This document shows, one piece after another, positions 10,408-21,678 of a stretch of DNA of 64,000 bases (its first letter is position 1; each line of letters begins with the position of its first letter). The notes below the pieces were generated by a model. The model saw only the letters and a list, made by a program, of their open reading frames with translations. It searched no databases and was not told where the DNA came from. Made by a program: the position numbers and the translations under genes. Origin of the DNA: an uncultured Acidobacteriota bacterium (lineage in GTDB: Bacteria; Acidobacteriota; Polarisedimenticolia; J045); assembly GCA_963702425.1 (NCBI GenBank), contig CAVPCQ010000006.1:256001-320000 (forward strand), written 5' to 3'.

Positions 10408-11808
10408 TCAGACCCCCCGCGGAGCCGCGGCCAGAAACCGCGCCGCCTCGCGGCCGCGTGCCAACCCGGTGCCGCCCGACTTGGCGAACGAGACGCCGAG
10501 GTAGCCGTTGCCGGCCAGGAAGAGCCCGGGGTGAGCGGCCAGCTCGCGGTCGATCGCCGCCAGCCGCTCGAGGTGCCCCAGCTCGTACTGCGGGATCGCC
10601 CGCTTCCACAGCGTGGTCCGCTCGTAGACCGGAGGATCCGAGAGGCCGAAGAGCCGGGCCACCTCGTCCCGCGCGATCCGCCCGATCGCGGCCTCGTCCA
10701 GGTCACCGACTGCCGAGTCGACCCCGCCGCCGAGCATCGCCCGCACGAGCAGGCGTCCCTCCGGGCTGCGGCCGCCGAACAGGTGCGTGTCCCAGAGGAC
10801 GCCGAGGATCCGGTACCCCTCGCCGCGCGGGATCAGCACACCGAAACCGCGCGGGACGCGCGCCAGCCCCTCGGCGCCGTAGCCGAGCGCGACGACCGCC
10901 ACCGCGGGGCACGGGATCTCGTCGAGCCGCAGCGCGGCGCGCGGCGCCGTCTCGCGGAGCATGGCCGCGGCGGCCCACGGCTCGGCGGCGACGATCACCG
11001 CGTCGGCGGGCAGCAGTTCGCCGGCATCTGTCGCCACGCTGAATCCTCCGTCCGCGCGCGGCGTCACGGCGCGCACACCGACGCCGGTCCGGACGGTGAT
11101 CCCCGGGGTCGCCGCCAACCGCTCCGGGAGCGACTGCAGGCCGTCCGCGAAGGAGGTCAGAACGCCCGACGGGCCGGCCGGGGTCCCCGCCCCCTTGGCC
11201 TTGCGCCGCGCCAGCATCCCGCGCACCAGCCCGCCGTGCTCCTCCTCGAGCGCGCGAAGCCGCGGGAAGGCGGCGGGGAGCGACAGCTTCTTCGCGTCGC
11301 CGGCGAAGATCCCCAGCATCATCGGCGCGATCAGCCGGTCGGCCGCCTCCGATCCGACGCGCCGCGCGGCGAACGACCAGACGCTCTCGTCGGCTCCGTC
11401 GCGCCGGGCCGGCACGAACGGCTCGCCGGCCATCCGCAACATCCCCAGGGGCGACATGATCCCGGCCGCGGCGAACTTGAGCGGGTGCGGAAAGATCTCG
11501 CGCACCTTGCCCCCGCGCACCAGGAAGCGCCGCGCCGCCGCCGCGTTGGCCGGCAGCTTCTCGGTGCGCATCCCGGCCAGCCCGACCAACTCGTCCATCC
11601 CGTCGTCGTTGTCGAGGTAGCCGGTCGGGCCGGTTTCGACGAGATAGCCCTGCTCGGCGACCGTCGCGGCCTTTCCTCCGACGCGCGGGTCCTTCTCCAG
11701 CACGACGATCTCGAGCCCTCCCGGCACCAAGGCGGCGCCCTCGGCGGCCCCGCGCGCGGCAGCCAGCCCCGAGATCCCCGCGCCGACGATGACGAGCCGC
11801 TTTCCCAT
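10408..11808 (-). CDS. hemY: Protoporphyrinogen/coproporphyrinogen oxidase (HemY type)
   Basis: GAGISGL FAD motif, RVGGK, ETGP, GFGVLIPR, AIPQYELGH, LAGNGY; in hem operon. Confidence 0.9.
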   Translation of the reverse strand: MGKRLVIVGAGISGLAAARGAAEGAALVPGGLEIVVLEKDPRVGGKAATVAEQGYLVETGPTGYLDNDDGMDELVGLAGMRTEKLPANAAAARRFLVRGGKVREIFPHPLKFAAAGIMSPLGMLRMAGEPFVPARRDGADESVWSFAARRVGSEAADRLIAPMMLGIFAGDAKKLSLPAAFPRLRALEEEHGGLVRGMLARRKAKGAGTPAGPSGVLTSFADGLQSLPERLAATPGITVRTGVGVRAVTPRADGGFSVATDAGELLPADAVIVAAEPWAAAAMLRETAPRAALRLDEIPCPAVAVVALGYGAEGLARVPRGFGVLIPRGEGYRILGVLWDTHLFGGRSPEGRLLVRAMLGGGVDSAVGDLDEAAIGRIARDEVARLFGLSDPPVYERTTLWKRAIPQYELGHLERLAAIDRELAAHPGLFLAGNGYLGVSFAKSGGTGLARGREAARFLAAAPRGV

Positions 11809-11822
11809 GGCGTCCGGGCCGC

Positions 11823-13223
11823 TCACACGGTCCGCGAGAAGATCGGCTTGTCCGACCCTTCGTGCTTCTCACGCCAGTAGCGGTCGAAGCACATTGCGAC
11901 GTTCCGGACGAACAGCTCGCCCGTCGGCGTGGCCTCGATCCGCTCGGGCGTCACGGTCACCATCCCCTCCGCCTCATGCTCCTTGAGGCGCGCGAGGTCG
12001 ACCGCGAAGTACTCGGAGAAGCGCACGGCGTGGGCCCGCTCGAACGCCGGGATGTCGAGCCGAAAGTTGCACATCAGCTCGTGGATGATCTCGCGCCGCA
12101 GGTCGTCGTCGGCCGTGCGTGCGAGGCCGCGCTCGACCGGCAGCCGGCCGGCCTCGATCGCCTCGCGGTACTGACCGAGCTTCTTCCAGTTCTGCGCGTA
12201 GCAGCCGCGGACGTCGCCGATCGCCGAGATCCCGAGCCCCAGCACGTCGTCGCCGGGGATCACGGTGTAGCCCTGAAAGTTGCGCCGCAGGCGTCGCTCG
12301 CGCTTGGCCCGCGCCAGCTCGTCGTCGGGCTTGGCGAAGTGGTCCATCCCGATCGCCTCGTAGCCGGCCTCCAGGAACCGCTCGCGGGCCAGCGAGAACA
12401 GCTCGACCTTGGTCTCGCGCGTCGGGAGCTGCTCGTCGTCGATCTTCTTCTGGTTCCCGCGGATCCAGGGGACGTAGGCGAAGGAGTAGACCGCCGCGCG
12501 GTCGGCCCCCATCGCGATCACCTCCTCGACGGTGCGCTCGAAGGTCTCCGGCGTCTGGAGCGGCAGGCCGTAGATCAGGTCGATGTTGGTCCCGGTGTAG
12601 CCGCGGGCCCGGGCCCGCTCGACGACGCGCCGCGTCTCCTCGATCGACTGGACGCGGTTGATCGCCTCCTGCACCGCCGGCGTGAAATCTTGGACCCCGA
12701 GCGAGATCCGGTTGAAGCCGAGCGCGGCGAGCGCGTCGATGTGCTCGTCGGTCGTCACGCGTGGATCGACCTCGACCGCCAGCTCGGCCCCCTCGATCGG
12801 CTGGAAGCAGGAGAAGAAGTGCTTCAGCAGGTCGGTCAGCTCGGCCGGCGACTGGTAGGTCGGCGTCCCGCCGCCGAGGTGGAGCTGCGCGACCTTCCGC
12901 CGGTGCGGCAGCCGGGCCGCGACCAGGTCGATCTCGCGCTTGAGCAGCTCGAGGTAGGGGCGGGCCTTCTCCTTGTGCGGGCTGATGATCACGTGGCAGC
13001 CGCAGAAGATGCAGCGCTCCTCGCAGAACGGCAGGTGGACGTAGACCGAGAGCGGCGCGTCGCCCAGCGGGTCGGCCGCAGCGAGGTGCTTCTCGTAGTC
13101 GGCCGCGGTGAACCCCTCGTGGAACTCGACCGCCGTCGGGTAACTGGTGTAGCGCGGCCCGGGACGGTCGTAGCGGACGATCAGGTCAGCCGTGGCGCGG
13201 CGCGAGATCGGGGGCGTCGTCAT
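11823..13223 (-). CDS. hemN: Oxygen-independent coproporphyrinogen III oxidase (radical SAM)
   Basis: GPRYTSYPTA, HLPFCEERCIFCGC, GGGTP, GMDHF, RNFQGY; own ATG at 13223 (merged with hemE in the ORF track). Confidence 0.93.
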   Translation of the reverse strand: MTTPPISRRATADLIVRYDRPGPRYTSYPTAVEFHEGFTAADYEKHLAAADPLGDAPLSVYVHLPFCEERCIFCGCHVIISPHKEKARPYLELLKREIDLVAARLPHRRKVAQLHLGGGTPTYQSPAELTDLLKHFFSCFQPIEGAELAVEVDPRVTTDEHIDALAALGFNRISLGVQDFTPAVQEAINRVQSIEETRRVVERARARGYTGTNIDLIYGLPLQTPETFERTVEEVIAMGADRAAVYSFAYVPWIRGNQKKIDDEQLPTRETKVELFSLARERFLEAGYEAIGMDHFAKPDDELARAKRERRLRRNFQGYTVIPGDDVLGLGISAIGDVRGCYAQNWKKLGQYREAIEAGRLPVERGLARTADDDLRREIIHELMCNFRLDIPAFERAHAVRFSEYFAVDLARLKEHEAEGMVTVTPERIEATPTGELFVRNVAMCFDRYWREKHEGSDKPIFSRTV

Positions 13224-14249
13224 CGGGGGACCTCCTCGGCGTGCACCGTCTCGACCAGCGCTTCGACGCTGGCGATCGGCGTCTCGGGCAGGATGCCGTG
13301 GCCGAGGTTCGCAATGTGCCCCCGCCGCGGCACGCGCGCCAGCAGGTCCCGCGCGGCGCGGCGCGTCGCGTCGGGCCCGGCGAGCAGGACCGCGGGGTCG
13401 AGGTTGCCCTGCAGCGCGCGGGCCGGCCCGACCTGGCGCCGCACCTCGGCCAGGTCCAGCCGCCAGTCGACCGCCATCGCCTCGGCCGGCAGTTCCGCCG
13501 CCGCGCCGAAGAGGTGCGGCGCGTCGAGCAGGAAGAGGATCCGCGGCACCCCGGCGCGCCCCATCTCCTCCAGCAGCCAGAGCAGGTGCGGCCGAACGAT
13601 CCGTTGCCAGTCGGCCAGCGACAGCAGGCCCGCCCAAGTGTCGAAGATCTGGACCGCGTCGGCCCCGGCGCGGTGCTGCTCGATCGCGTAGGCCGCCGAG
13701 AGCCGCGCCAGCTTCCCGAGCAGCCGGTCGAGCAGCGCCGGCTCCGCCGGCGGCGAGCGCGCGCAGCACCGGAAAGCCGTCCTTCCCGCCGCCGGCGGTC
13801 ATGTAGGCCGCCAGCGACCACGGCGCGCCCGCGAAACCGAGCAGCGCGATCCGCCCGCCCAGCTCGCGTTTCAGCAGCCGCAGCGCCTCGATCGTCGGCG
13901 GCGCGATCTCCCCGGGGGACGGGTCGCGCAGGCGATCGACGTCCGAGGCGTCGCGGATCGGCCGATCGACCTTGGGCCCCGGATCGAAGCGGAAGTCGAT
14001 CCCCAGCGCCGAGAGCGGCGTGACGAGGTCCGCGAAGACGATCGCCGCATCGAGCGGGAAGCGGCGCAGCGGCTGGAGCGTCACCTCGACCGCCAGCTCC
14101 GGGCGGGCGCACAGTTCCTCGAAGGAGTGCTGCTCCTTGAGCGCGCGGTACTCCGGCAGGTAGCGCCCCGCCTGCCGCATGATCCAGAGCGGGCGGCGCG
14201 CGGTCTCTTCGCCGCGGAACGCCCGCATGAACAGCGTGTCGGTCATCAC
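13220..14249 (-). CDS. hemE: Uroporphyrinogen decarboxylase (frameshift near 13745)
   Basis: WIMRQAGRYLPEY, GFAGAPW; second frame has LQGNLDP and NLGHGILP. Confidence 0.9.
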
Positions 14250-14962
14250 TCCTCCGGCTCGGGCGTGAACCGGTAGCCGACGCCGCGCACGGTGTGGAAG
14301 TGGCGAGGCGCCTCCGGGTCGCGCTCGAAGCGCTTTCTGAGGCGCACGATGAAGTTGTCGATCGTGCGCGTCGAGGGGAAGATCTCGTAGCCCCAGACCT
14401 TCTCCAGGATCTCTTCGCGTGAGACGACCTCGCCCGGTCGCTCGGCGAGCGCCTTGAGGATCATCGCCTCCTTCTGGGTCAGCATCTCCTCGGTGCCGTC
14501 CCAGGCCTTCCCCTTCATCGTGCGGAAGTCGACGGCGTTGCCGCCGAAGCGCACCTCCGCCCCCGCCCCGGGAAGCACGCCGTACCAGCTCCGCCGGCGC
14601 AGCATCGCCGCCACGCGCAGCAGCAGCTCCTTGAGGTGGAACGGCTTCGGCAGGTAGTCGTCCCCGCCGGCCTCCAGGCCGTGCACCCGGTCGTCGGCCG
14701 TGGTCCGCGCGGTCAGGAAGAGGATCGGGACCTCGATCCCCTCGGCGCGGAGCGTCTCGCAGACCGTGAAGCCGTCCATCCCGGGCAGCATCACGTCGAG
14801 CACGACCAGGTCGAGCCCGCCGTCACGGATCCGGGCCAGCCCGTCGAGCCCGTCGCCCGCGACCTCGACCGCGTAGCCTTCCAGCTCGAAGTTCTCGCGG
14901 ATCCCGGCTGCGAGGTGCGCCTCGTCCTCGACCACCAGGATCCGCGCGCGCTCGCCGCTCAT
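14246..14962 (-). CDS. OmpR/PhoB-family response regulator
   Basis: ILVVEDE, LDVMLPGMDG, DDYLPKPF, winged helix TRTIDNFIVRLRK, TVRGVGY. Confidence 0.92.
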   Translation of the reverse strand: MSGERARILVVEDEAHLAAGIRENFELEGYAVEVAGDGLDGLARIRDGGLDLVVLDVMLPGMDGFTVCETLRAEGIEVPILFLTARTTADDRVHGLEAGGDDYLPKPFHLKELLLRVAAMLRRRSWYGVLPGAGAEVRFGGNAVDFRTMKGKAWDGTEEMLTQKEAMILKALAERPGEVVSREEILEKVWGYEIFPSTRTIDNFIVRLRKRFERDPEAPRHFHTVRGVGYRFTPEPEE

Positions 14963-16067
14963 GCCCGTCCTCCCCGCGGCGCCGGCCAGAGCACCGTGAA
15001 TTCCGCGCCCTGGCCCGGCCCGTCGCTGTGCGCGCTCACCCGCCCGTGTTCCAGCTCGACGAAGCGCCGGACGATGTAGAGCCCGAGCCCCGAGCCGCGG
15101 GTCTTGCGTCGCAGCTCGTCGCCCGGCCGGTAGAACTTCTCGAACAGCCGGTTCGACTCCCGCGCCGCGAAGCCGACCCCGGTGTCCCGCACGACCAGCT
15201 TCACGAAACCGCCGGCCTCCTCGGCACGCACGGTAACGGTCCCGCCGCCCGCGGCAGCGGTCGCCTTGATCGCGTTGTCGACCAGGTTGCGCAGCACGGT
15301 CCGCAGCGCCAGCGGGTCGGCCTGGACCTCGAGCTCCGGCTCGGCGGAGCGCGTCCAGCGTCACGCCGGCCGCCGCGGCCCGCGGCCCGACCTCCTCGGC
15401 CAGGGCCCGCACCGCCGAAGCCGACCGAGACCCGCTCCGGCTTGAGCTGGACCCGCCCTTCCTCGAGCCGCGCGGTGTCGAGGATGTTGCCGATCATCGC
15501 CTCCAGCCGGTCGACATCGGCCAGCAGCCGGTCGACGATCACGCGCCGCTTCTCGGGCGTCGGGTCGCGCAGGAAGAGCGTCTCCGCCGAGAGCTTGATG
15601 CTCGCCAGCGGGCTCTTGAACTCGTGCGTCACGGCCGCCAGGAAGTTCTGCTGCCGGCGCCGGAGCTGCGCGTCCTGGTGCAGCGCCTGCGCCAGGACCG
15701 CCATCGCGGCGACCAGCACGAGCAGGAAGAACGCCCCTTCCCAACCGATCCGCCGCAGGCGCCGGATCCGGTCGTCCTCGAGCTGCGCCAGCGCCATCGG
15801 GTTGACGGCGACCCGCTCGGGCCCGCTCGAGAAGACGACCTGCGGGAACATGTCGCTGACGTCGTTGGCCGGCGTGCCGCGCTCGAGCAGCGTGCGGGCG
15901 ACCTGGACCTCGAGGTCGTACTCGGCCACCAACGCGTCGTGCAGCTTCTGCGTGTGCCAGACCTCGTCGAGGATCCACCAGACGACCTGCGCGGCGGCGA
16001 TCGACAGCAGGAGCACGAAGCCCCACTGCAGGGCCCGGGTCGGATCGAAGTGCCGCCGCGCCGCCAC
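14959..16067 (-). CDS. Membrane sensor histidine kinase (frameshifts near 15350-15420)
   Basis: Two TM helices, H-box VTHEFKSPLASI, NLVDNAIK, DTGVG, FEKFYR, GSGLGL; GTG 16067 after AAGGA. Confidence 0.85.
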
Positions 16068-16081
16068 CGCGATCCTTCGTC

Positions 16082-17374
<1,293 letters not shown>

Positions 17375-17378
<4 letters not shown>

Positions 17379-18406
17379 AGCCACTTCTCCTTGAGGACCT
17401 CGCGCGCGTGGTAGGTGATCACCGCGTCGGCGCCGGCGCGGATCATCGCCCAGAGGTTCTCGCGCACGATCCGCGGCTCGTCGACCCAGCCCAGCTTCGC
17501 CGCGGCCTTGACCATCGAGTACTCGGCCGAGACGTTGTAGGCGGTCAGCGGCAGGTCGCTCACCGCGCGCACCGCCGCGATCACATCGAGGTAGGCCAGC
17601 GCCGGCTTGACCATCAGCATGTCGGCTCCCTCGGCCTCGTCGAGCAGCGCCTCCTTGACCGCCTCGCGGACGTTGCGCGGGTCCATCTGGTAGCCCTGCC
17701 GGTCGCCCTTTCCGGGCGCCGAGTCGGCCGCCTCGCGGAACGGCCCGTAGTAGCCCGAGGCGTACTTGACCGAATAGGACAGGAGGCCGGTCGTCGTCAG
17801 CCCGGCGTCGTCCAGCGCGTCGCGGATCGCCGCTACGCGGCCGTCCATCATGTCCGACGGGGCGACGATGTCGGCGCCCCCCTCGGCGTGCGCGACGGCC
17901 ATCGCGGCCAGCCGCGCCAGCGAGCGGTCGTTGTCGACCTCGTCGTCGACGATCACGCCGCAGTGGCCGTGGTCGGTGTAGGCGCACAGGCAGACGTCGG
18001 TGATGACGAGGAGGTCCTTGCCGAACGCCTTCTTGAGCGCGCGGCAGGCTTCCGGGACCGTCCCGTGCGGCTCCGACGCCGCGGTCCCGACGGGGTCCTT
18101 CTCGTGCTCGCCCGGCAGCCCGAACAGCAGCACCGTCTTGATCCCCAGCGCGCGGTCGCTCTCGGCCTGCCGCACCAGGTCCTCGATCCCCAGTCGCTCG
18201 ATCCCCGGCATCGAGGCGATCACCTCGCGCCCCTTCGCGGCCGGCAGGATGAAATGCGGCATGATCATCTGGTCGGCGGTGATCCGCGTCTCGGCGACGA
18301 GGTTGCGGATCAGCGCATTGCGGCGCAGGCGGCGCGGGCGGATCCGGTCGGGAGTCGTGACCGCGTCGGCCCTGACGAGTTTCTCGGCGGACTTCTCGAT
18401 GCTCAT
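17375..18406 (-). CDS. hemB: Porphobilinogen synthase (Zn-binding type)
   Basis: RPRRLR, DVCLCAYTDHGHCG, APSDMMDG, YGPFREA, MVKP. Confidence 0.95.
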
Positions 18407-19146
18407 GGAATGACCTCCAGGATCCCCTCGAGCCCCGGGCGGCGCGCCTCGGCCAGGACGGCCAGGCCGTGCGCGCGCGCCGCCTCGGTGGTCGAGGGGC
18501 CGATCGTGACGACGACGGCGCCGCCGGGGACGACGGCGCGGTGAACGAGCCCGGCGACGGCCGACGGGCTCGCGAGCAGGATCGTGTCGACGCCGAGCGC
18601 GTCGAGCCGGACGCGCGGCGTCTCGGGCGGGGCCGGCACGGTGCGATAGACGTCGACCCTGGCGACCTCCACCCCGACCGGCGCGAGGATCCGCTCGAGG
18701 TGCGGCACCGCGCGGTCGGCGGCGGCGATCGCAACCTTCGCCGGCCGCATCGGCGCGGGCGGGTGAGCGGCGAGCGCGGCGCGCAGCGCTTCGGCCAGCG
18801 ACGCGCCGGTGCCGGCCGGCGCCACCAGGTCGCAGCGGCCGAGGAGCGCGCGGGCCGCGGCCGCGGTCGCGGGCCCGACGGCGGCGATCGCGACCCCTTC
18901 CGGTACCCCGCCCGGTGCGAGCGCCGCCACGGCCTCGACCCCGCGCCGCGAGGTCAGCGCCAGCCAGGCCGCGCCGTCGAGCGCCGCCGCCAGCGCCGAT
19001 CGCGTCGCGGCGTCGTCGAGGATCTCGCAGACCAGGCACGGGAAGACGACCGGCGTTGCGCCGAGCGCCGCGAGGCGCTCCGCCCACGGCGCGGCGTCCT
19101 CCGCCGCGCGCGTGACCAGCACCGTCCTGCCCGCCACCGGGCTCAC
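18403..19146 (-). CDS. hemD: Uroporphyrinogen-III synthase
   Basis: VLVTR, LTSRRGV, AVGPATA, VYRT, ASPSAV, IGPST; between hemC and hemB. Confidence 0.85.
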   Translation of the reverse strand: MSPVAGRTVLVTRAAEDAAPWAERLAALGATPVVFPCLVCEILDDAATRSALAAALDGAAWLALTSRRGVEAVAALAPGGVPEGVAIAAVGPATAAAARALLGRCDLVAPAGTGASLAEALRAALAAHPPAPMRPAKVAIAAADRAVPHLERILAPVGVEVARVDVYRTVPAPPETPRVRLDALGVDTILLASPSAVAGLVHRAVVPGGAVVVTIGPSTTEAARAHGLAVLAEARRPGLEGILEVIP

Positions 19147-20090
19147 AGCAGCGTGCCTCCGCGCTGCAACTCGTCCCAGAGCGACGCCGCGAGCGCCTCC
19201 GGCTCGGGGCCGCGGCCGATCGCGCGCACCAGCCGCAGCGCGCCGTCGACCTCGCGCTCGAGCAGCGCCATCATCTCGAGCTGCCCGCCTTCGATCGCGC
19301 GGGCCCAGGCGCCGAACGGCACCTGGCAGCCCCCCTCGACCAGCGCCAGCAGCGCGCGCTCGGCGCGCACGGCGCGGTGGGCGGGCCCGTCGTCGAGCGC
19401 CTCGACCTCCGCGCGGGCCGCCGTGGCGTCGCGCCGCACCTGGATCGCAAGCGCTCCCTGCGACGGGGCCGGGACGAAGACCGCCGGATCGAGCCGGACC
19501 TCGACGATCCCGCCGCGATCCAGGGCCACCGAGGGGTCGCGCGTCGCCGCGGTCCGGTCGAGCCGCATCAGCCCGGCCGCCGCGAGCAGCGTCGCGTCGA
19601 AGACGCCGTCGCGGACCTTCGCGACGCGCGTCGGCAGGTTGCCGCGCAGCAGCTCCGCCGACAGGTCGGGGCGGAAGTGGCGGAGCAGCGCCTGGCGCCG
19701 CGCCGAGGCGGTCCCGACGACGCCGTTCCGGCGCACCGGGATCAGCCCCTGGCCCGGGTCGTGGGCCTCGGGCCGGACCAGCAGGCGGTCGGCGGCGTCG
19801 ACCCGCTCGGGGACCGCGGCGACGACCAGCTCGGCCGGGCTCTTCGACGGCAGGTCTTTGTAGGAGTGGACCGCGACGTCGATCGTGCGGGCGACCAGGG
19901 CCTGCTCGATCTCGATCACGAACACCCCCGGCGCGCCGACCTCGACGAAGGCGCGGTCGCGGTCGCGATCGCCGGTGGTCTTGATGACCTGGACCTCGAC
20001 CTCGTGGCCGCGCGCTTCGAACATCCGCGCCACGTCGCCCGACTGGGCGAGCGCGAGGCGCGAGCCGCGGGTACCGAGTCTCAGCTTCAC
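19143..20090 (-). CDS. hemC: Hydroxymethylbilane synthase
   Basis: GTRGSRLALAQ, DVAVHSYKDLP, GTASARR, RGNLPTR, LEGGCQVP-like cofactor Cys. Confidence 0.93.
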   Translation of the reverse strand: MKLRLGTRGSRLALAQSGDVARMFEARGHEVEVQVIKTTGDRDRDRAFVEVGAPGVFVIEIEQALVARTIDVAVHSYKDLPSKSPAELVVAAVPERVDAADRLLVRPEAHDPGQGLIPVRRNGVVGTASARRQALLRHFRPDLSAELLRGNLPTRVAKVRDGVFDATLLAAAGLMRLDRTAATRDPSVALDRGGIVEVRLDPAVFVPAPSQGALAIQVRRDATAARAEVEALDDGPAHRAVRAERALLALVEGGCQVPFGAWARAIEGGQLEMMALLEREVDGALRLVRAIGRGPEPEALAASLWDELQRGGTLL

Positions 20091-21430
20091 GCGTCCGTCT
20101 CCTCCGGCGACCCGACCCGCGGACCACCCGCCGTGCGCGCGGCGTCGCGCAGCTCGTCGGCCAAACCCTCGTCCAACCCCGCCAGGAACGCCTCGACCGC
20201 CGGGACGCCCCCCTCGTAGGCCAGCCCCTTGAGGCCCAGGGAAGGAATGTGCGCGAAGCGCCGCGCCAGCAGCGCGGCCCAGGCCATGACCGCCTCGCGG
20301 TCCTGGTCGGAGAGGTGCGCCAGGTCCTTGCGGAACAGCCGCTCGACCGCCTCCGCCGCCGTCTGACGATAGCGGCGCTGGAGCGCGCCGAGCAGCGGGC
20401 CGAGCATCCGGTCGGCCATCGTACGGCGCAACTCGAGCAGCGACTCGTCGATCAGCGACCGGGCGTCGGCCAGCTCGAGCAGTCGCTCGCTCCGGTTCGA
20501 CTCGGCCTCGGCGATGACCTCCTCCATCCCGAGCCGCGGCACGCCCGCGGCGCGGGCGTCGGCGGGGTCGACGTCGGGCGGCACCGCGAGGTCGATCACC
20601 AGCGGCGGCTCGCCCGACGGCGTGCGGGCGGCGATCCGCTCGAGCTCGGCGCGGCGCAGCACCGGCCCGGGCGACGCCGTCGCCAGCACCAGCGCCTCGA
20701 CGGCGGCCGGCCGCCGCCGGAACTCGTCGAGGGCCACGGCGGTGCCGCCGATCTCGTGCGCGAACTCCTCGGCCCGCTCGAGCGTCCGGTTGACGACCAC
20801 CGCCGGCCACGGCGTCTCGGTCATCGCCTTGCCGCACTTGACCGTCATCGGCGAGACGCCGACCAGCGCGTAGGAGCCGCCGGTCCGGTCCAGCCGCTCC
20901 TTCAAGTGGTCGATCGCGATCCCGGCCAGCGAAACGTGCCCTTCGCTGACGGCGGTCCGGCGGTGGACCAGTGCGGCGACCCGCAGCGCCTCCTCCAGCA
21001 CCAGCGACAGGCGCGGCCCGGCGAGCGCCAGGCCGCGGGACAGGTCGAGCGCCGTGCGAACCTGCCCGGCGATCTCGGTCTCGCCGGCGCGCGCCGAATC
21101 GAGCCCGGCCGCGACGACGAAGAGGTGCTCGACCGCGCCCTCTCCGGCCCAGGCGTGGAAAGCCCGCTCGGCCTCCCCGGGATAGGGCGCGCGTCCCTCG
21201 AGCGCGGCGAACAGGCGCGGCCGGAACGTGGCGAGCGGCGCTTTTCCGTCGGTGGCGAAGGCGATCTCGACCCGGTTGCAGGTCGCCAGGTAGACCAGTT
21301 CGTGGACCCCGGCCTCGCGCGCGATCTCGGGAAGCCGCCGCGGCCGCTCCTCGACCGGGATCGTGAAGCGGGCGAGCGCCTCCGGCCCCCCCTTGCGCCA
21401 CGGGATCCCGATCACGCCGATGCGGTCCAT
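20087..21430 (-). CDS. hemA: Glutamyl-tRNA reductase
   Basis: TCNRVE catalytic Cys, HLF..AAGLDS…GETEIAGQV, NRTLERA, IDLAVP; GAGGAG RBS before ATG 21430. Confidence 0.88.
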   Translation of the reverse strand: MDRIGVIGIPWRKGGPEALARFTIPVEERPRRLPEIAREAGVHELVYLATCNRVEIAFATDGKAPLATFRPRLFAALEGRAPYPGEAERAFHAWAGEGAVEHLFVVAAGLDSARAGETEIAGQVRTALDLSRGLALAGPRLSLVLEEALRVAALVHRRTAVSEGHVSLAGIAIDHLKERLDRTGGSYALVGVSPMTVKCGKAMTETPWPAVVVNRTLERAEEFAHEIGGTAVALDEFRRRPAAVEALVLATASPGPVLRRAELERIAARTPSGEPPLVIDLAVPPDVDPADARAAGVPRLGMEEVIAEAESNRSERLLELADARSLIDESLLELRRTMADRMLGPLLGALQRRYRQTAAEAVERLFRKDLAHLSDQDREAVMAWAALLARRFAHIPSLGLKGLAYEGGVPAVEAFLAGLDEGLADELRDAARTAGGPRVGSPEETDA

Positions 21431-21506
21431 CCGGCTCCTCTGGCCCGGCCCCGTCTCCCCGGCCCCATCGCCCGGGGAGAGGATTACCACCGGGAAAGCC
21501 GGCAAG

Positions 21507-21522
21507 TGTCACAGGAATGTCA
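21507..21522 (-). promoter_or_regulatory. TGACA-N6-TGACA direct repeat (OmpR/PhoB-type box) upstream of hemA
   Basis: + strand TGTCA at 21507 and 21518, 11-bp period. Confidence 0.5.
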
Positions 21523-21678
21523 GCCGGGGACAAACCGCCCGCGAGATACCGTGTGCCGCGGGTTCAGGGGCAGGCCTCGGTGCCGGCCCGAAAAAGGAAG
21601 CGGCGCACCGCGGGCCGTCAAGGAGGCCGGCCCCTGCGGTCGGTGGCGAGGCCGGGCGGATTGAAAGCTGCCCGGCGG

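Noticed and set aside
11823-14249. HemE-HemN fusion (808-aa ORF)
   Set aside because: HemE finishes in another frame at 13220, and hemN has its own GGAGG + ATG at 13223.
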